Source of the DNA: Podarcis tiliguerta
Lineage: Eukaryota
Strand: one strand, 5' to 3'
NCBI GenBank assembly: GCA_965153285.1
Contig: OZ229119.1
Length of the DNA: 64,000 nt
Part shown: piece by piece, positions 35,701 through 47,984 of the stretch
Layout: every line of letters begins with the position of its first letter
Position numbering within the stretch: the stretch's first letter is position 1
Made by a program: the position numbers and the translations under genes
The notes under the pieces: generated by a model
Databases searched by the model: none
What the model was told of the DNA's origin: nothing
Seen by the model: only the letters and a program-made list of their open reading frames with translations

Positions 35701-36551
35701 TTCTCTCATTTCTCTTAATGTGACATTTACTACCAACAGAGAAGTCCAAATTGGATGGGAGAGAGGCAAAGTTGGACTGGGAAGCTTTTCTCATTCCCTT
35801 CTCAGACTCTCTCACCTTCAGCCTCTTCTGTGAATTCTTCCTGACCTGAGCAGCTATCTCCTCCTCTTCTCGAAGCAGGTCCTTGTAGGAACGTTTCTTT
35901 TCTCGCTGGGTTCTGCCAGCTACTAGTCCCACGCCATCAATTCGGTCACTCTCTAAGCAGTCTGAAGGAGGAAACACTGGCGTGGTCAGAAATAATCAAG
36001 GCACGCTCTCACAACTGTCACTGTGGCCAAAGATAAAACACAATGCACAAAAGGAAGCAAGCAGTTTTACACACGCACACACATACACACAATCTACTCA
36101 CTACTGTAAAGCACTGCCCCAAACTTTTAGGGAAATGCTTTAGGCTGCTGTATCAAAGGCTGAAGTTTTATTCCTACTCTTGGGTTTCCCAAATGAGGAC
36201 CTAGGCATCTGTGCTGTGCTGTGTTGAAGGTCTGGATCCAGGCCCCAATCCAATTATAATTCTACGGAGCTGACAAGGGTTAGGAACTGTTGCCTGTGGC
36301 CAAGCCCGATAAAAATGAATCAGCACTTTGGAGCTATTCCTTGTGAGACTCATGTTTCAATCCAGGTACACTTAACTTTCTGAGTACAAGGGAGGGATCT
36401 GGAATGCTGCAGAAACCCAATCCATGCAGGACACTGGCTTTCTTTCTTAGTCTCTCACTCCACGGACTGGGGGGGTTGTACTTTCCTCATAACACCTCTC
36501 AGATTATGAAACAATCCTACCTTCTTTTTTCTTGGAGTCATCATAAGCCAT
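23816..36551 (-). CDS. HMGXB4: HMG-box containing 4 (HMG2L1), complete, 616 aa from the canonical ATG
   Basis: join of 36551-36521, 35961-35816, 35038-34963, 34014-33008, 31501-31420, 30005-29941, 29633-29528, 28287-28118, 26088-25966, 23860-23816 = 1851 nt open frame [13 protein letters not shown]...[17 protein letters not shown](HMG box)...[14 protein letters not shown]. Confidence 0.97.
25170..25401 (-). mobile_element. Second copy of the MIR/CORE-type SINE
   Basis: clear similarity to 6005-6236 (gagctcaagg, acaacaac, gactggccca, gaaccctggtctcc...cctagtcc). Confidence 0.7.
25966..26088 (-). CDS. HMGXB4: HMGXB4 exon 10 ([41 protein letters not shown])
   Basis: 123 nt, CCCAG| acceptor, |GTAAGT donor. 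Confidence 0.96.
26222..26635 (-). mobile_element. Solo LTR (Gypsy/ERV-like) in HMGXB4 intron 9
   Basis: TG...CA ends with short inverted repeats (TGTCAGGAGTTC / GAATTCTAACA), 5-bp TSD gcact / gcgct, AATAAA on minus strand at 26416-26411, CpG-retaining. Confidence 0.7.
27747..27933. mobile_element. Tc1/mariner-type MITE
   Basis: TA|CAGTGGTAC... GGTATGACTG|TA imperfect TIRs; internal palindrome aaacccggaa...ttccgggttt. Confidence 0.75.
28118..28287 (-). CDS. HMGXB4: HMGXB4 exon 9 (...[26 protein letters not shown])
   Basis: 170 nt inside ORF 28019..28294, GT-AG boundaries. Confidence 0.96.
28953..29182. mobile_element. Tc1/mariner-type MITE (same family as 58859)
   Basis: TA|CAGTGGCACCTC ... 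GAGGTACCACTG; closely similar to 58859-59105. Confidence 0.8.
29185..29490 (-). mobile_element. Degenerate non-LTR retrotransposon reverse-transcriptase fragment
   Basis: ORF 29120..29365 reads LLYADG...[11 protein letters not shown], with an upstream KRGCLL-like motif; resembles RT motifs QGC and YADD. Confidence 0.55.
29528..29633 (-). CDS. HMGXB4: HMGXB4 exon 8 ([24 protein letters not shown]...)
   Basis: 106 nt, TTCAG| acceptor, |GTAACC donor. Confidence 0.95.
29730..29775. repeat. Compound (TG)n(AG)n microsatellite
   Basis: directly visible. Confidence 0.9.
29941..30005 (-). CDS. HMGXB4: HMGXB4 exon 7 ([22 protein letters not shown])
   Basis: 65 nt, GTTAG| acceptor, |GTAAAT donor. Confidence 0.95.
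31420..31501 (-). CDS. HMGXB4: HMGXB4 exon 6 (HMG box start, [27 protein letters not shown])
   Basis: 82 nt, ATTAG| acceptor, |GTAATA donor. Confidence 0.95.
32040..32430 (-). mobile_element. Degenerate L1-like 3' fragment related to 11642-12171
   Basis: similar AT-rich sequence (gacttccc...tcca, ttctgccaaatttcttttgt) in HMGXB4 intron 5. Confidence 0.45.
33008..34014 (-). CDS. HMGXB4: HMGXB4 exon 5 (large Lys/Ser-rich exon)
   Basis: 1007 nt, covers most of ORF 32930..33985 ([56 protein letters not shown]); donor AAG|GTAAAA. Confidence 0.96.
34963..35038 (-). CDS. HMGXB4: HMGXB4 exon 4 ([25 protein letters not shown])
   Basis: 76 nt, TGCAG| acceptor, |GTAAGA donor. Confidence 0.94.
35816..35961 (-). 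CDS. HMGXB4: HMGXB4 exon 3 ([41 protein letters not shown]...)
   Basis: 146 nt inside ORF 35681..35977, GT-AG boundaries. Confidence 0.95.
36521..36551 (-). CDS. HMGXB4: HMGXB4 exon 2 coding part ([10 protein letters not shown]); whole exon is 36612..36521
   Basis: Kozak ACCACCATGG, donor G|GTAGGA, acceptor TGTAG| just before 36612. Confidence 0.94.
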
Positions 36552-38562
36552 GGTGGTCCTGCAGGGGCCTGGGAATGTGTTGCCACGCCTGGGCTCCTTC
36601 CCCCGTTCCCGTCTACAGGACAAGGTCTAAGAAACAGAGAATGAGAATAACCCTCCCATCAAGTGGAATCATAATGCAGAAAGGGACTGAATGAAGATGT
36701 TTTTTAAAAGAATGAAATGGGAAGCAGGAGGGTGAAGTGGTGTGCCTTCTCAGCAGTTTATCTTTAATCTTCCAGACATTCCAGGGCTTGGAGAAAGATC
36801 CCAGATTCAGCAGGCAGTTTGGTTTAGCTGATTTTCATGTTAAAAGGCAGGAGAGGAATGTTTTTCAAGGTGAGAACCAAGCCTCTGTTCCACTAGTTTT
36901 AAACAGATTAACACCATGTGATCTTTTTCAATGAAACACAAGGACAGTGACCAAATAACTATATTGGGCTTTTGTATTGTTACAATATGTTCAGGGTGAG
37001 TACTGTATTGAATCCTGCATTTTTTAAAGGAAAGTGTGTAAGAGCCATGGAGGTGAGGGAATGAAAGTTTTATAATCTCTTATACTAGGATAAAGTGAAT
37101 TGACTGGAGAGAAGAATTTAATTTTTCAGTCCTGTGTGATGTTCAGTGATATCAAACTTTAGAGGCTAGTGGTGGTGCAGCAATAGTAGGCATTAGTCCT
37201 ATTATTCCCACAGGTGTTGTTCAGAGTACCAAACTGGGGAAGGAAAAGGGAAGGAAAAGGAGGAGAAAGAGAGAAGACTGAAAGAAGCAGTCCTTTTTCC
37301 AGGGCCTCTGCAGCATTTCCAGTCTCTGTCACCTCAGATGCTCAGGATTTCCCCAACCTGCCTCAGGAAGGATACTGATTCAGGAAGTGGGGCCCTTGCT
37401 ATTTCTGTTCTTGAATAATGCTTTATCCCCCTTAAAATGACAGACATGCAATATCTCTCAAAGCATAGTTGTGCAGTTTTTATTTTGAGTCTCACAATAA
37501 TTTAAAAAGATTCAGCTCCTGAATAAACATGATTTCCCCTGTATAAACCATTTGAATTTTGAATGCATTTATATACAGCTGTCATAAAAATGCTGAATTA
37601 AAGCATAGGTTCTTTAAAAGGGGAAGTTTTGACCTCCTTATAGTAATGTATTTTACAAATAATTCAAAAATACAAGATGTTAACCAATGTCAGCTGTTAA
37701 GAGATATTAATGTAAACTAGTGGGTTAAGTTCCTGAAGAATATTTCAACCTGTGAATGGAAAAATATTTCATCTGATGAAGAAGACTTTGAACAAAAGTT
37801 ATCTGCATATTAGAATTCCCTCAATAATTGTTTATGATGTATTCATAACAAATTCACTAACAGAATAAAGGGAGCTCAGAAACCTTGCTTTTGCATATAA
37901 GCTAGAAAACAAGCCTCTACTTCTTCATGTACCGTACTGAAAGGTCAGGCCTCACACAGACAATCATACAATAAGCTGTAACTCAGCAGAATTGGTCCCT
38001 GTACAAAGCAGGGCTCCCTGGTTATAGGCAGAAAGGACTGGACGATTTACAGGATTGACAACTCAATTCTATAAACACTTATTTAGTAGTAGGTGGGCTT
38101 GAACAAAGTAGGATTTACTTCTGAGTAAATACTTGGAGGACGCTGCAAGTCCTGTAAAAATGGATGTTCACGACCAGCGCTTGCAAGTTACCTCTCAAGT
38201 GATTTTAACAACCCCAGCAGTTTAATTTTGTTACATCATGCAGCCATCTTTCATAGGAATACTTCTGAGGCTTCCAACTTGCCAGTAGTGGATAGGCTAT
38301 CAAGCATTTAACTACAATGGTTATCAGCAACAGTTTTAAATGACATGATGCCTGGAAGAGTGGTATACCACAAGCAGTACAGGAACAGTATCACCCATAC
38401 CATGAAGTCCACACAGGCGTTGGTTATTTATGTGAAGAGAGGCACCCACCCATTACTCTGCTGCAAGGGACTTACAAAGTTGCATGGTTTTATAAGATCA
38501 GAAAAGGGCAACTTATGTTTCCAGCGTTATTCTCCTACTAACAGCTCTATTTGTTGATACGT

Positions 38563-38687
38563 CTGGGTTAGCTGAGTTGGCAGAGCATGAGACTCTTAAT
38601 CTCGGGGACATGGGTTCGAGCCCCAGCTGGGCAAGATTCCTGCATTGGAGGGCTGTTGGACTCTTGGTCCCAACTCTACAATTCTAC
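38563..38687 (+). mobile_element. tRNA-Lys-like head plus CR1-like tail SINE (Squam2-like)
   Basis: GTTAGCTGAGTTGGCAGAGCATGAGACTCTTAATCTC...GGTTCGAGCCCC followed by CCAACTCTACAATTCTA; related pieces at ~11530-11641 and ~21154-21270 on the minus strand. Confidence 0.6.
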
Positions 38688-38919
38688 TAGCAAGGGTCTG
38701 AATATTAGGGCCAGCAGATGCCTCTGATTTCCTGACACCCAAGCCCTTGTGGAGCACCACAGCCCCATGCAGCAAGTCCTGGGCCAGCTCTTTACTCTTG
38801 ACCTGGAGCCCAACCACGCCCCGCTGCTTCCTTCTGGCCAAGTCAATGCCTGCATTTCTCCCCCATTCAGCACCAGCCTGGCACCATCCCATTCATTCAT
38901 TCATTCATTCTGGGCATCG

Positions 38920-39860
38920 AATCGAAGCTCCACAAAGGCCACCGAGGTCGGAGCCCGGCAGCGAACTCGGCTTGACACCACAAAAGGATGCCAGAGATCC
39001 AGGAGCAACAGCACCCCTTTTGTCTGGGGAAATCAAATAAAATAGTTTTAAGTAGGGAGGATCGTTTCCATCGCTCCCGACAAAGGACAATGCCTCGATT
39101 ATTATCGCCCCAGTGGCCGGAAAACAGCAGCGGGCAGAGCCTGCGGGCCGCCTCACGGGGCAGCATCTGAACCCAGAGCTGGCAAGAGCAGCGGCCAAGC
39201 CCGCGTCGCCGGCCGCTTCCTCACCTGCGGCTGCTGCTGCTGCCCATTTCTGAACTGCACCTGGTCCAAGAGGCTAAGCGACGCCCTCTGTCGGCAAACC
39301 CCGCTCGCCCCCGGGCTGCCCAGGCGCCACGCCCACTGCGCATGCGCACCCGCCCCTCGAGGGGGTGGGGGCAAGGACCCCGCGCGACCCCTTTCCCGCC
39401 TCCTCAGTTTGAACTGGCCCCGGCCGTTGGCCGCCCTGTGGCCCCTCGTCCTTCGCGCGCTCACCCCAGGCGGGCTTCAGAAGCCTCCGGAACGGGGCGG
39501 AGGGATTTGTCGACGCAGCGAGTGGCGGAGGGCAGATAACGGAGCGACCTGCCCCCTCCCGGCAGAAGGTTGCCTTCCCTCCCCCGCGGCGGAAGGGGGT
39601 GGGGGAGCGGCCAGCCTCAGATCGCCTCGCCGCTTCGAGCGGCCGCCATCTTGGTGTGGGAAAGGGACGCCCGCCAGTTTCAGCCGCTAAGGCGAAGCAG
39701 CCGAGCGCCGAGCTCCTCCGCTCTCGACTCCGTTAAGAGAGCAGAGGCTGGAACCTGGCGCCGAGTGCATCGATTTGCCAGGTGTTGGGGCTTCTGCGAG
39801 CGAAGTACAAAAGCCGGTGCTCAGGATGCTATCGAGCGGCGGTTCTAGGACCCTTTTGAG
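38920..39860. promoter_or_regulatory. CpG-island promoter of HMGXB4
   Basis: GC/CpG-rich; perfect NRF1 palindrome TGCGCATGCGCA 39337-39348, KLF/SP CCACGCCC 39327-39334, GC box ~39495, YY1 motif CCGCCATCTT 39643-39652. Confidence 0.85.
39225..39300 (-). other. HMGXB4: HMGXB4 first exon (1a), 5' end approximate; contains in-frame ATG at 39247
   Basis: strong donor CAG|GTGAGG at 39225/39224 inside the CpG island, just downstream of an NRF1 site. Confidence 0.65.
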
Positions 39861-42800
39861 TTGCGATTTTTATTATTCTTCAGAAAATAATAAAAGCAAA
39901 TGTACATCAGAATCTAGGGAGCCTGTAGTTCAATCCTAGGCATGCCTGCTCGGAATCAAGTCCCCGTATATGTACAGAAATGGACTTTCCCCCGTAAGTT
40001 TTGTGCAGAATTTGGATAACTACAGTTGAATACAGTGGAATTTGCTTCCTAGTAAACCTGTGTAGCGTTGCCCGTTCTTAAATACGTGAATACAAAGAGA
40101 CATTTGCTAGTGATTTGTCTTTTTGTTTAATTAAAGGCTTCCTCGTGTACCTAGACGGCAGTTGGCGGTGTGGCATAGGTCTCACTACGATTCTCAAAGG
40201 AGGTTTAAGCAGTTATGTATAGGGGAAAACGGGGAACTCAACCTTAGTCCAATTTGTGATCAGCTCTTAATTGGATCAGGACGTGGAGCAGGTATGGGAA
40301 AATAAGAGGAAGGAACAATTTAACCTGAACTCTCAGGCATATTATGTTTCCCTCGGTGTCCAATAAGAGAATGTTAGCGCCCCCCCTTTTTCAATCAAGT
40401 GTTCACCCAGTGTTTACTCTGCTGGGATTCACCACTGTTGTTACTCAAAACTGAAAAATGTTTACACTAGCACATTACATCATTACTAACCACTCACACA
40501 TCTTCCCCCCCCCCAAAAGATGAAACGTGTTAGCAAAAAAAGGGAGGGGGCACAAATTTGCACATCCTGATTTCTCTAAATCTATGCACTTCTCATAACA
40601 AGTACTACAATTTATATTGAAATGCAATACATTTCACCGTAGTGGAGAAGACTGTGAGCTAGGAGCATGCTTAGTCTGCTGTCCAGCGTCTAACATTCAA
40701 TGGGCAACTTCAGGACTCTACCCTCCTTTCTGATAGTTCTTTACCTTTAATCTGAGTTGGATCAAATAGCCCTTTAAATAGAGGACTCGTCAAATGGAGG
40801 ACTGGCCTGACAGTCATTCATTGCCAATTATCTCTTCTGAGCACAACCCTGAAGGACAGTTTTCATAGGTGTGGTTTTTAGGGAAATGATGTCATGGGCC
40901 AAATTTTTTCACCCTCGAAGGCCAAAATTGACCCATGGGCTGGAGGTTCTTTACCCTGGGATAATATAATCCACTATTGTTTACCTGTAGTTTTCCCCTT
41001 AAAACCTCTTCTGCCTCCAATTAGTCCTTATCATATAAACAAATCCAGAACTGCTTCAAATTACAAGGGCTGTGTAGACAAGCTCTCAATAAACAAAATT
41101 GCAGGAAGCAATTCTAGCATTAGAGGCTGAAGGAAGTGTATTTTGTATCACATCTGTAAACCAGGATGATGATGACATAGAATAGATAAGACAGACATAT
41201 GATTAGTGAGTAGGGACAGGGAATGTGTAGAAAGCTTTTCTCTCTGCTTCCAAGAATTAGGCATAAATGTACTTCCTTTGAAGGTTAGTTATTATAGCAA
41301 ATGGTTTAGAGGCATGGTTAGGTTGCGTTCCAGATTGTATGTGGGTGTGAGAAAGCATATGTTTTCCTTTCAGTCTTAATCATAGAAATGTCTCGTTTCT
41401 TTGAAGGAAATGAATTTTAGTCATTAGAATTCAAATCACTTTGCTACAAGTTACTGAAATGCTGTCTATACCACACACAAAGCTTACATGATGAGCTCAC
41501 TTTTTGCTCCTCTAGTTTCACAGAAGTGTTTTGAAAATTCTATTATGTGTCTTCCAAGCCAAATTATGAAAACGAGTGACACAGGCTATGTCACTATTGC
41601 AGCAACATCACAGAGAGTGGCTTCCTACATTTAGCAACTCTACGTTGCAATTCTGTTGCAAATACATAATGAAAGGTTGTTTCCAAAGAAAATGCACATA
41701 GACACATGCTGACGTATGTGACTTCAGAAAGTCTTTGGACAACTAATACCATTTTGTAACTAAGCCAAAGTACATGTAATTGAAATAATCACAGATCCTC
41801 CCCCCAACGCTTATCTCCACTTCCCTTCTCTTGCTTCTCTATGTCTGTTTTTCTCCTGGGGTGGGGATCTGCCCTGTTCTTTATGTATTATGGATGCCAC
41901 TAAATAGATTATATGGCAGGCATATCTGTACCTGCAAAAGGACAATTTTGAGCATTATAGTGTGCTCCCAGTTGATCCTCTGTAAGTAGGAGTTGAATTC
42001 AGCACCTTTTAAATTTGTCACCAAATACAAGCTCTGCCAGGTGTTTAGGAGCTCCTGATCAGGGCTTCTAAATGCATCTAATCCCAGCCACAAGTTGGAT
42101 TTGCTCAAGGTGCTGAATTTAAGTTTAGCACTGCATACAAGCCATGCTGGACTTAGCTGCATGCAGGAAATTGCACATTTCCCACACGCAGCTGATTGAG
42201 GGCAGCTGATCCCTTTCACAAGCAATAGTTTGCCCTTTTGGTTTATGCACTGCTATTTTAAGTTCCAGTGTCAGTTAATGAAAGGTAAATCCCTTGGCCA
42301 TCGTAGGTTTGAGAACCAGAACAGAGTCCAGTTTAAGTTTCAATAACATTCGTAGATGATTACTGAGGGAAGTTCCATTGAATTCAGTCAAATTTACTTC
42401 TGAGTAAATATACATAGAATAGGGCTGCTAGCTAGCATGATACACTTGCATCCAAACTTGTACCTTCACTGTAAAACTGGTATATCAATTTCTATCTGTG
42501 TAAAGCCATATTTTATTATGTGCTGCAGCAAAACAGTTTTACACTCTTCCACAAGTATTAAATCAGCTTGAGAGGCTTTTGGATCTGCTCCTTCAATAAC
42601 ACTGCTCCTTCTCTCTTATTCCACCACAATAATAGTCCTTTTTTTTATTCTATGGACATGAACAAACAAATAAAGAAATCAGAAAGTCTCCCACACACTG
42701 CCTATTTTGGTCGTTGTTAGTTTGCTTATTTATTTTCCATTCTGTAATTGTTTCTGGTTGAAGAAACCTTAAGAAAAGATTATGATGACTAATAGATTTG

Positions 42801-45800
42801 CACATTATCAATGCTCAAACACCCCCATAAACTGCTCTAGTAAAATTAGTAGGATGAGCAGCTGTTGTCATGCTTTTATTCCAATGACAACTGTAAATGA
42901 ATTTTAAGGCTTTGTTCACATAGAATTTGTCTATAATATTCAGAGAGGCGGGCAGCTGACTGAGCACAAGAACAGCAAATCTTAGGAAGAGGAGGAGGCA
43001 GAAAGAAGGAAAACAGATTTTCCCTTCCATTCTGGGTATGTACATCTCTACTTGAGATAAAGCAGCACAGCACCTGTTACCTTATCTTATCAATATACAG
43101 CTATCATGATATTTTCTTAATTTGCATTCTTCATTCTTACCTGAAAATTTTAATTTTAAAGAAATCATTCACAAATGTTCCCTGGGCTCAGTAGCCAGTT
43201 GCTTCTAGTAGCCAATGAAACTGGACTTTCTCACTTTCTATATATTTTATTTCCTTCATCTACATATTCCCTTCCCATAGACCATTTTAAAATAATGCTT
43301 ACAGCCTAAGATCTGTGATACAAGAAGGAAAAGAAAAAAGCAAATTCATGTTCCAACTTTTTCATAATACATCATCATGGACTGGGCATCATGCGGGTGG
43401 GCTGGGGAAACCCAGCCAGATGGGTGGGGTATAAATAATAAATTATTATTATTACTATGGGCAGCCAAATGGCAATTGGGCCCAGCTGAGCCAGTGGAGA
43501 GGCCCTTGCATAAGGAGCTGCCTTATAACACATTGCACCATTGGTCATTCTAGCTCAGTATTGTCTACACTGACTGGAAGTGGGTTTCCCTTGTTTCAGA
43601 CAAGAATATTTCCCATACCCACTTGGAGATGCTGGGGATTGACTTTGGGCTTTTCTGCAGGCAAATCATGCACTCTGCTGCAGAGCTATAGTCTTTCTCG
43701 GTGTTTCACCTCTTGCTCTGATGCAGGAAGATTGAAGAACTGCTGACATTCTGTAGCAGCAAAGTAAGTCTGACAACAGAGGTGTTGTACAATCTCACCC
43801 CTCCAATCGGTGACTGTTGCTGCATTTTCTTACAAGGCACAGTTGTATTGGCTGAGTGAGCTTCGGAACAGATTTAGGATAGGTTTAAAGCTTGCAACCC
43901 ACCAAGCCAAATGCAGCCTAACCTTGCACTGTGGTCTGCTAATTGCTTGAAGGTTCCCAGTGTCTACATCAAAAATGGCATTTTCTAGGCCCAGCGAGAA
44001 GGTGTGTGCAGGAAGTGTATATGTATACCTATTTGGAGGACCTAGTAATATGAGAGTGCTGTCTCTGAAATATAACAATCAAATTCTACCTTTGGAAATA
44101 GACAAAGTGGTAGTCTAATGCCCTGTGAAAACCAATGAATCCATTTTGCACTGGAAGTTGACTGGTACTGTCTACTGGTAATTATGGCAATGTATATGCA
44201 GTGTTTCTGGTTATCTCTGTTCTTGATCAATGCCACATTCGGCTCCTTCAGGGCAACTTGGAATAGATTTAATTGTGCCTAGATTTTCTTATTTTACTCA
44301 TGTCATAAAATGCATATATTGCTTGATTGTAAAAACTCAACGTGGTTTATAAAGAGAAAAAAGTGAAAAGCAAATATTTAAATAATTCAAAAAATTAGTA
44401 TCAGCAATAAACAAAAAATAGATGCACATGCCATCTCAATTGGGGGGCACAACGGAAATGGCCTTTTTGCAGTGGCCCCACATTTCTGGAATACTTTACC
44501 AGCTGTGCTTTGGTAGACCCTATCACTTCAAGATTTTATGATAATCCTTGCTTATGTGTGCTTTTTTCAACTGTTCTTGCTTTTTTAAAATAGTTTTAAA
44601 AAATATTATTTGGGCTGGTTGGTTTATTTTCCCTGACTTCTAATTATTGTATTGTATTGCATTTGAACTTTACAGCATCTTGGGTCGTTTTTTAAACCTT
44701 AAAGGTGGCATACAAATATTTTAAAGGGGAAAAAAAATTATGCTTATGCACATGGCCCATTGGTGGTGCTGTTAACCAAGGTTTCCACTCCTCTGTCTCT
44801 TACACTGCAATTCTGATTAGAATCACACACTTTCTTCCCTGCCACAGTTGCCTAACGTATAATCACAGCAAGACACGAACGCCCTTCCAAACACTGAAAG
44901 TCTGCATTAAACATGAAAGTGTGCATTAAACATGAACCAGCCCTACTGAGTAAAGATTCCTCTTTAAGCAAATATATGTTTCGCCACTATATTACTGTGA
45001 TATTGGTCTTTCTTCCTCAATTTCCTCGTTTAACTAGATTTCAGATACTGGGAAATTAGAACAACAGCACTAAGGGGCACAGAATGTTGCTCTACCTGTA
45101 TGCCAGGAACTCAATTTTTCACTAGGCTATACTTAACATGATTATGTTATGAGAGGCCAGCTATACTGAGAGGTCAGTATATTTGGCCCATAGACCAGAA
45201 GTTTTCTACCATTGCTGTAGACTACATTTGGAGCAAGATTTGGAAGCACTTGGCCACAGCAGTCTGAGTGTGCTCCAGTAGGCCTCTCTTGTTAAATAAT
45301 AATAATAATTTTAATAATGTTTATAAAATTTATATCCTGCCCACCTTGCCAGGTTTCCCCAGCATCTCTGGGAACTTATAACATAAATAAAAGCACAACA
45401 AAGCGTCAAACATTAAAAAACAAAATAGCCTATACAAGCAGCAAACAAACCAATAAATCAATGGAAAACAATAATAATAACAACAATAATAACAGTAATA
45501 AACACTTTACAGTTATACCCAAATTAAGATAATCGCCAACCCCAACTAAACGTTTAACCAACATCAACATCAATAAACAGATGACTCTCTGGGCTGAATT
45601 ATAAAGCATATTATCATAAATGTGCAGCTACTGTCCAAAATGGTGCCCATGCAACTTGTTCATAACTTTTACTCAATAGTCCCAGCATCAGGATGATCTT
45701 CTAGAAGATCTTATCTGATGCATTCTTCAGTTCCCCATCCCCACTATACATGATTGCTGTTGCTTGGAAGGGAAGGGAGGGAGGTGTCAGGTGTCAGGGA

Positions 45801-47625
45801 ATCTGACTCCCCCCCCCCCCCCCCACGGTAGGCTGCCAGGAATAGATAAGACAGGGAAACTTCTTACCAATGTCTTTTATTCCATATTCACAGAGAGAGG
45901 CTTAGACATGCAGCCTCTTGGAGTAATGGTGTTGCTCCAAGTAATTCACCCCCCCCACTTCCTCAATCGTCAACAGCACCACCCACCTTATAGTGGCCAT
46001 TTAGGGTCATTTGTCTCCAAGCCCTTTGCTCTCCTACTTTCAATGCCCACCGGGCTCTGGGAGAGGGGGCCAGGTCTGGAATGCTAATGTGTCAGCCAGC
46101 TGCTCCGGCTCTGCCTCCTCCTCCTCTCCCATTATTTCCCAACTTTGCCCTTCATCTGCCTCTGTGCTATGACCTCCCACAAACCACTGTTGTAAATGTA
46201 TACTGTTTTCCTCTTCTCTGGAAGGTTCAGGCTGGGGAGGTGGTCTCCACCACTCCTCCTCTGTCCTGTCTCTGACATGACGTGAAACGAGTTCTGTTAA
46301 AAGTTATAGAGGAAGAAAAGGAACTAGATGAGAAGACACTACATCTTCCCTGTCCCTAAAGTTTTGCACTGTTCAGTTCAAGTGCTATGTAGTTGGACTT
46401 TCTCCCCTTAATATAACTTTCTAAAAAGCTTAGGCCTTTTCCAACTCACACACCTTTGTACCTGAAAACCTATTCACTCTGGTGGTTGAAATTGACAAGA
46501 TTTGTACAAGTTCCCCCCTTCTAATAACTGGTTTTAGGCTTTCTAATCATTGAACATTACTAAGAAATTAGATTATTCAGCCATTATTGGTCTAAATGCA
46601 CTGAGTACCATCAGATTTTGTTTTCCTTTAACTAAATAAAACTTTATTATTATAATAAATAAGCCTGCCTAATATGTCATATCATCTAGCCTTCAGGGCT
46701 GTATCCAAGTTCATCAAGAGGAATCAGACTAGATGAAAATTTTCTACCCTTGAGGCTTCTGAATGAAAAGAGGAACTAAAATGAGATACGAACATTAATG
46801 GAGACTCATCAGCATCAGAATAAACTCAAAAATAGACATGACATCTTGCATTTGCATAACGCTGTCAGCTGCTACTATAGAGACAGGGATCTATTACCTC
46901 TGTTTATGCTGCTGCTAACATAATTTATAGCAATTTATTCTATAAAAGTAGATTGTAACTGTGTTGGCTGGGAGGGGAAAAAGAAATCACCTTAGCTGCT
47001 CTGAAAATAAAAATGGTAATGTGTATAATAGATTTCTGATAAAGTAATTTGAATGGTGAGCTAATATCTAGGCTTGGCTAAATGCATTTTAGTGAACCTC
47101 ATCACAACCCACAGCTAATCTAGATGCATTTATAGACAGAAAGATAATTCCGTCTCCTGACCCATGCAACTTTTGTTGAATGGGACATGATATCATTCCA
47201 CCCACAATAGCATATTCTCTAGAATTCTACAGAGCAGCTCACATCTGAAGAAAGAGAAAGTGCTAGGATAGAGTCAAGTTTCGTTTCATTTCATGTACGC
47301 CAGCTATAAAACAAACTTCATTCTTATTCATTTATACAGTTGTTGAAGCATGATTCAAACTGCCTTAGAGGTGAGGTGCTACTGGGAGCTATCCAGGGTG
47401 CTGCCCACTATACTTGTTCATCTTTTGGCCTTTTACATTTGCTTTCCTTGGCCTTGCTTATCTGGGCCTGCCTTTTGCTTTGCTTGACCTTGCCTTGCTG
47501 AAGTCTGGCCTTTGCTTGACTTTGCTTTCCGGATCCTGAAATAGTGGTATGTGACCTGGTGCCCCAAGATTACGGACTCAGATATACAGCTGCAAATAAA
47601 ATGTTTTAAGTGTGTTCTAATATAA

Positions 47626-47984
47626 GGGACACGGGTGGTGCTGTGGGTTAAACCACAGAGCCTAGGACTTGCCGATCAGAAGGTCGGTGGTTTGAATCCC
47701 CGTGACGGGGTGAGCTCCCGTTGCTCGGTCCCTGCTCCTGCCAACCTAGCGGTTCAGAAGCACATCAAAGTGCAAGTAAATAAATAGAGTCCTGCTCCGG
47801 CAGGAAGGTAAACGGCATTTCCATGCACTGCTCTGGTTCGCCAGAAGCGGCTTAATCATGCTGGCCACATGACCCAGAAGCTGTACACCGCCTCTCTCGG
47901 CCAATAAAGCGAGATGAGCTCCGCAACCCCAGAGTAATACACGACTGGACCTAATGGTCAGGGGTCCCTTTACCTTTACCTTTA
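47626..47984 (+). mobile_element. Sauria SINE, full length
   Basis: GGGACACGGGTGGTGCTGTGGG head to CCCTTTACCTTTACCTTT tail; reverse complement of the 15564 copy. Confidence 0.88.

Noticed and set aside
38563-38630. tRNA-Lys-like sequence
   Set aside because: Acceptor stem is broken and it runs into a CR1-like tail, so it is a SINE head rather than a tRNA gene
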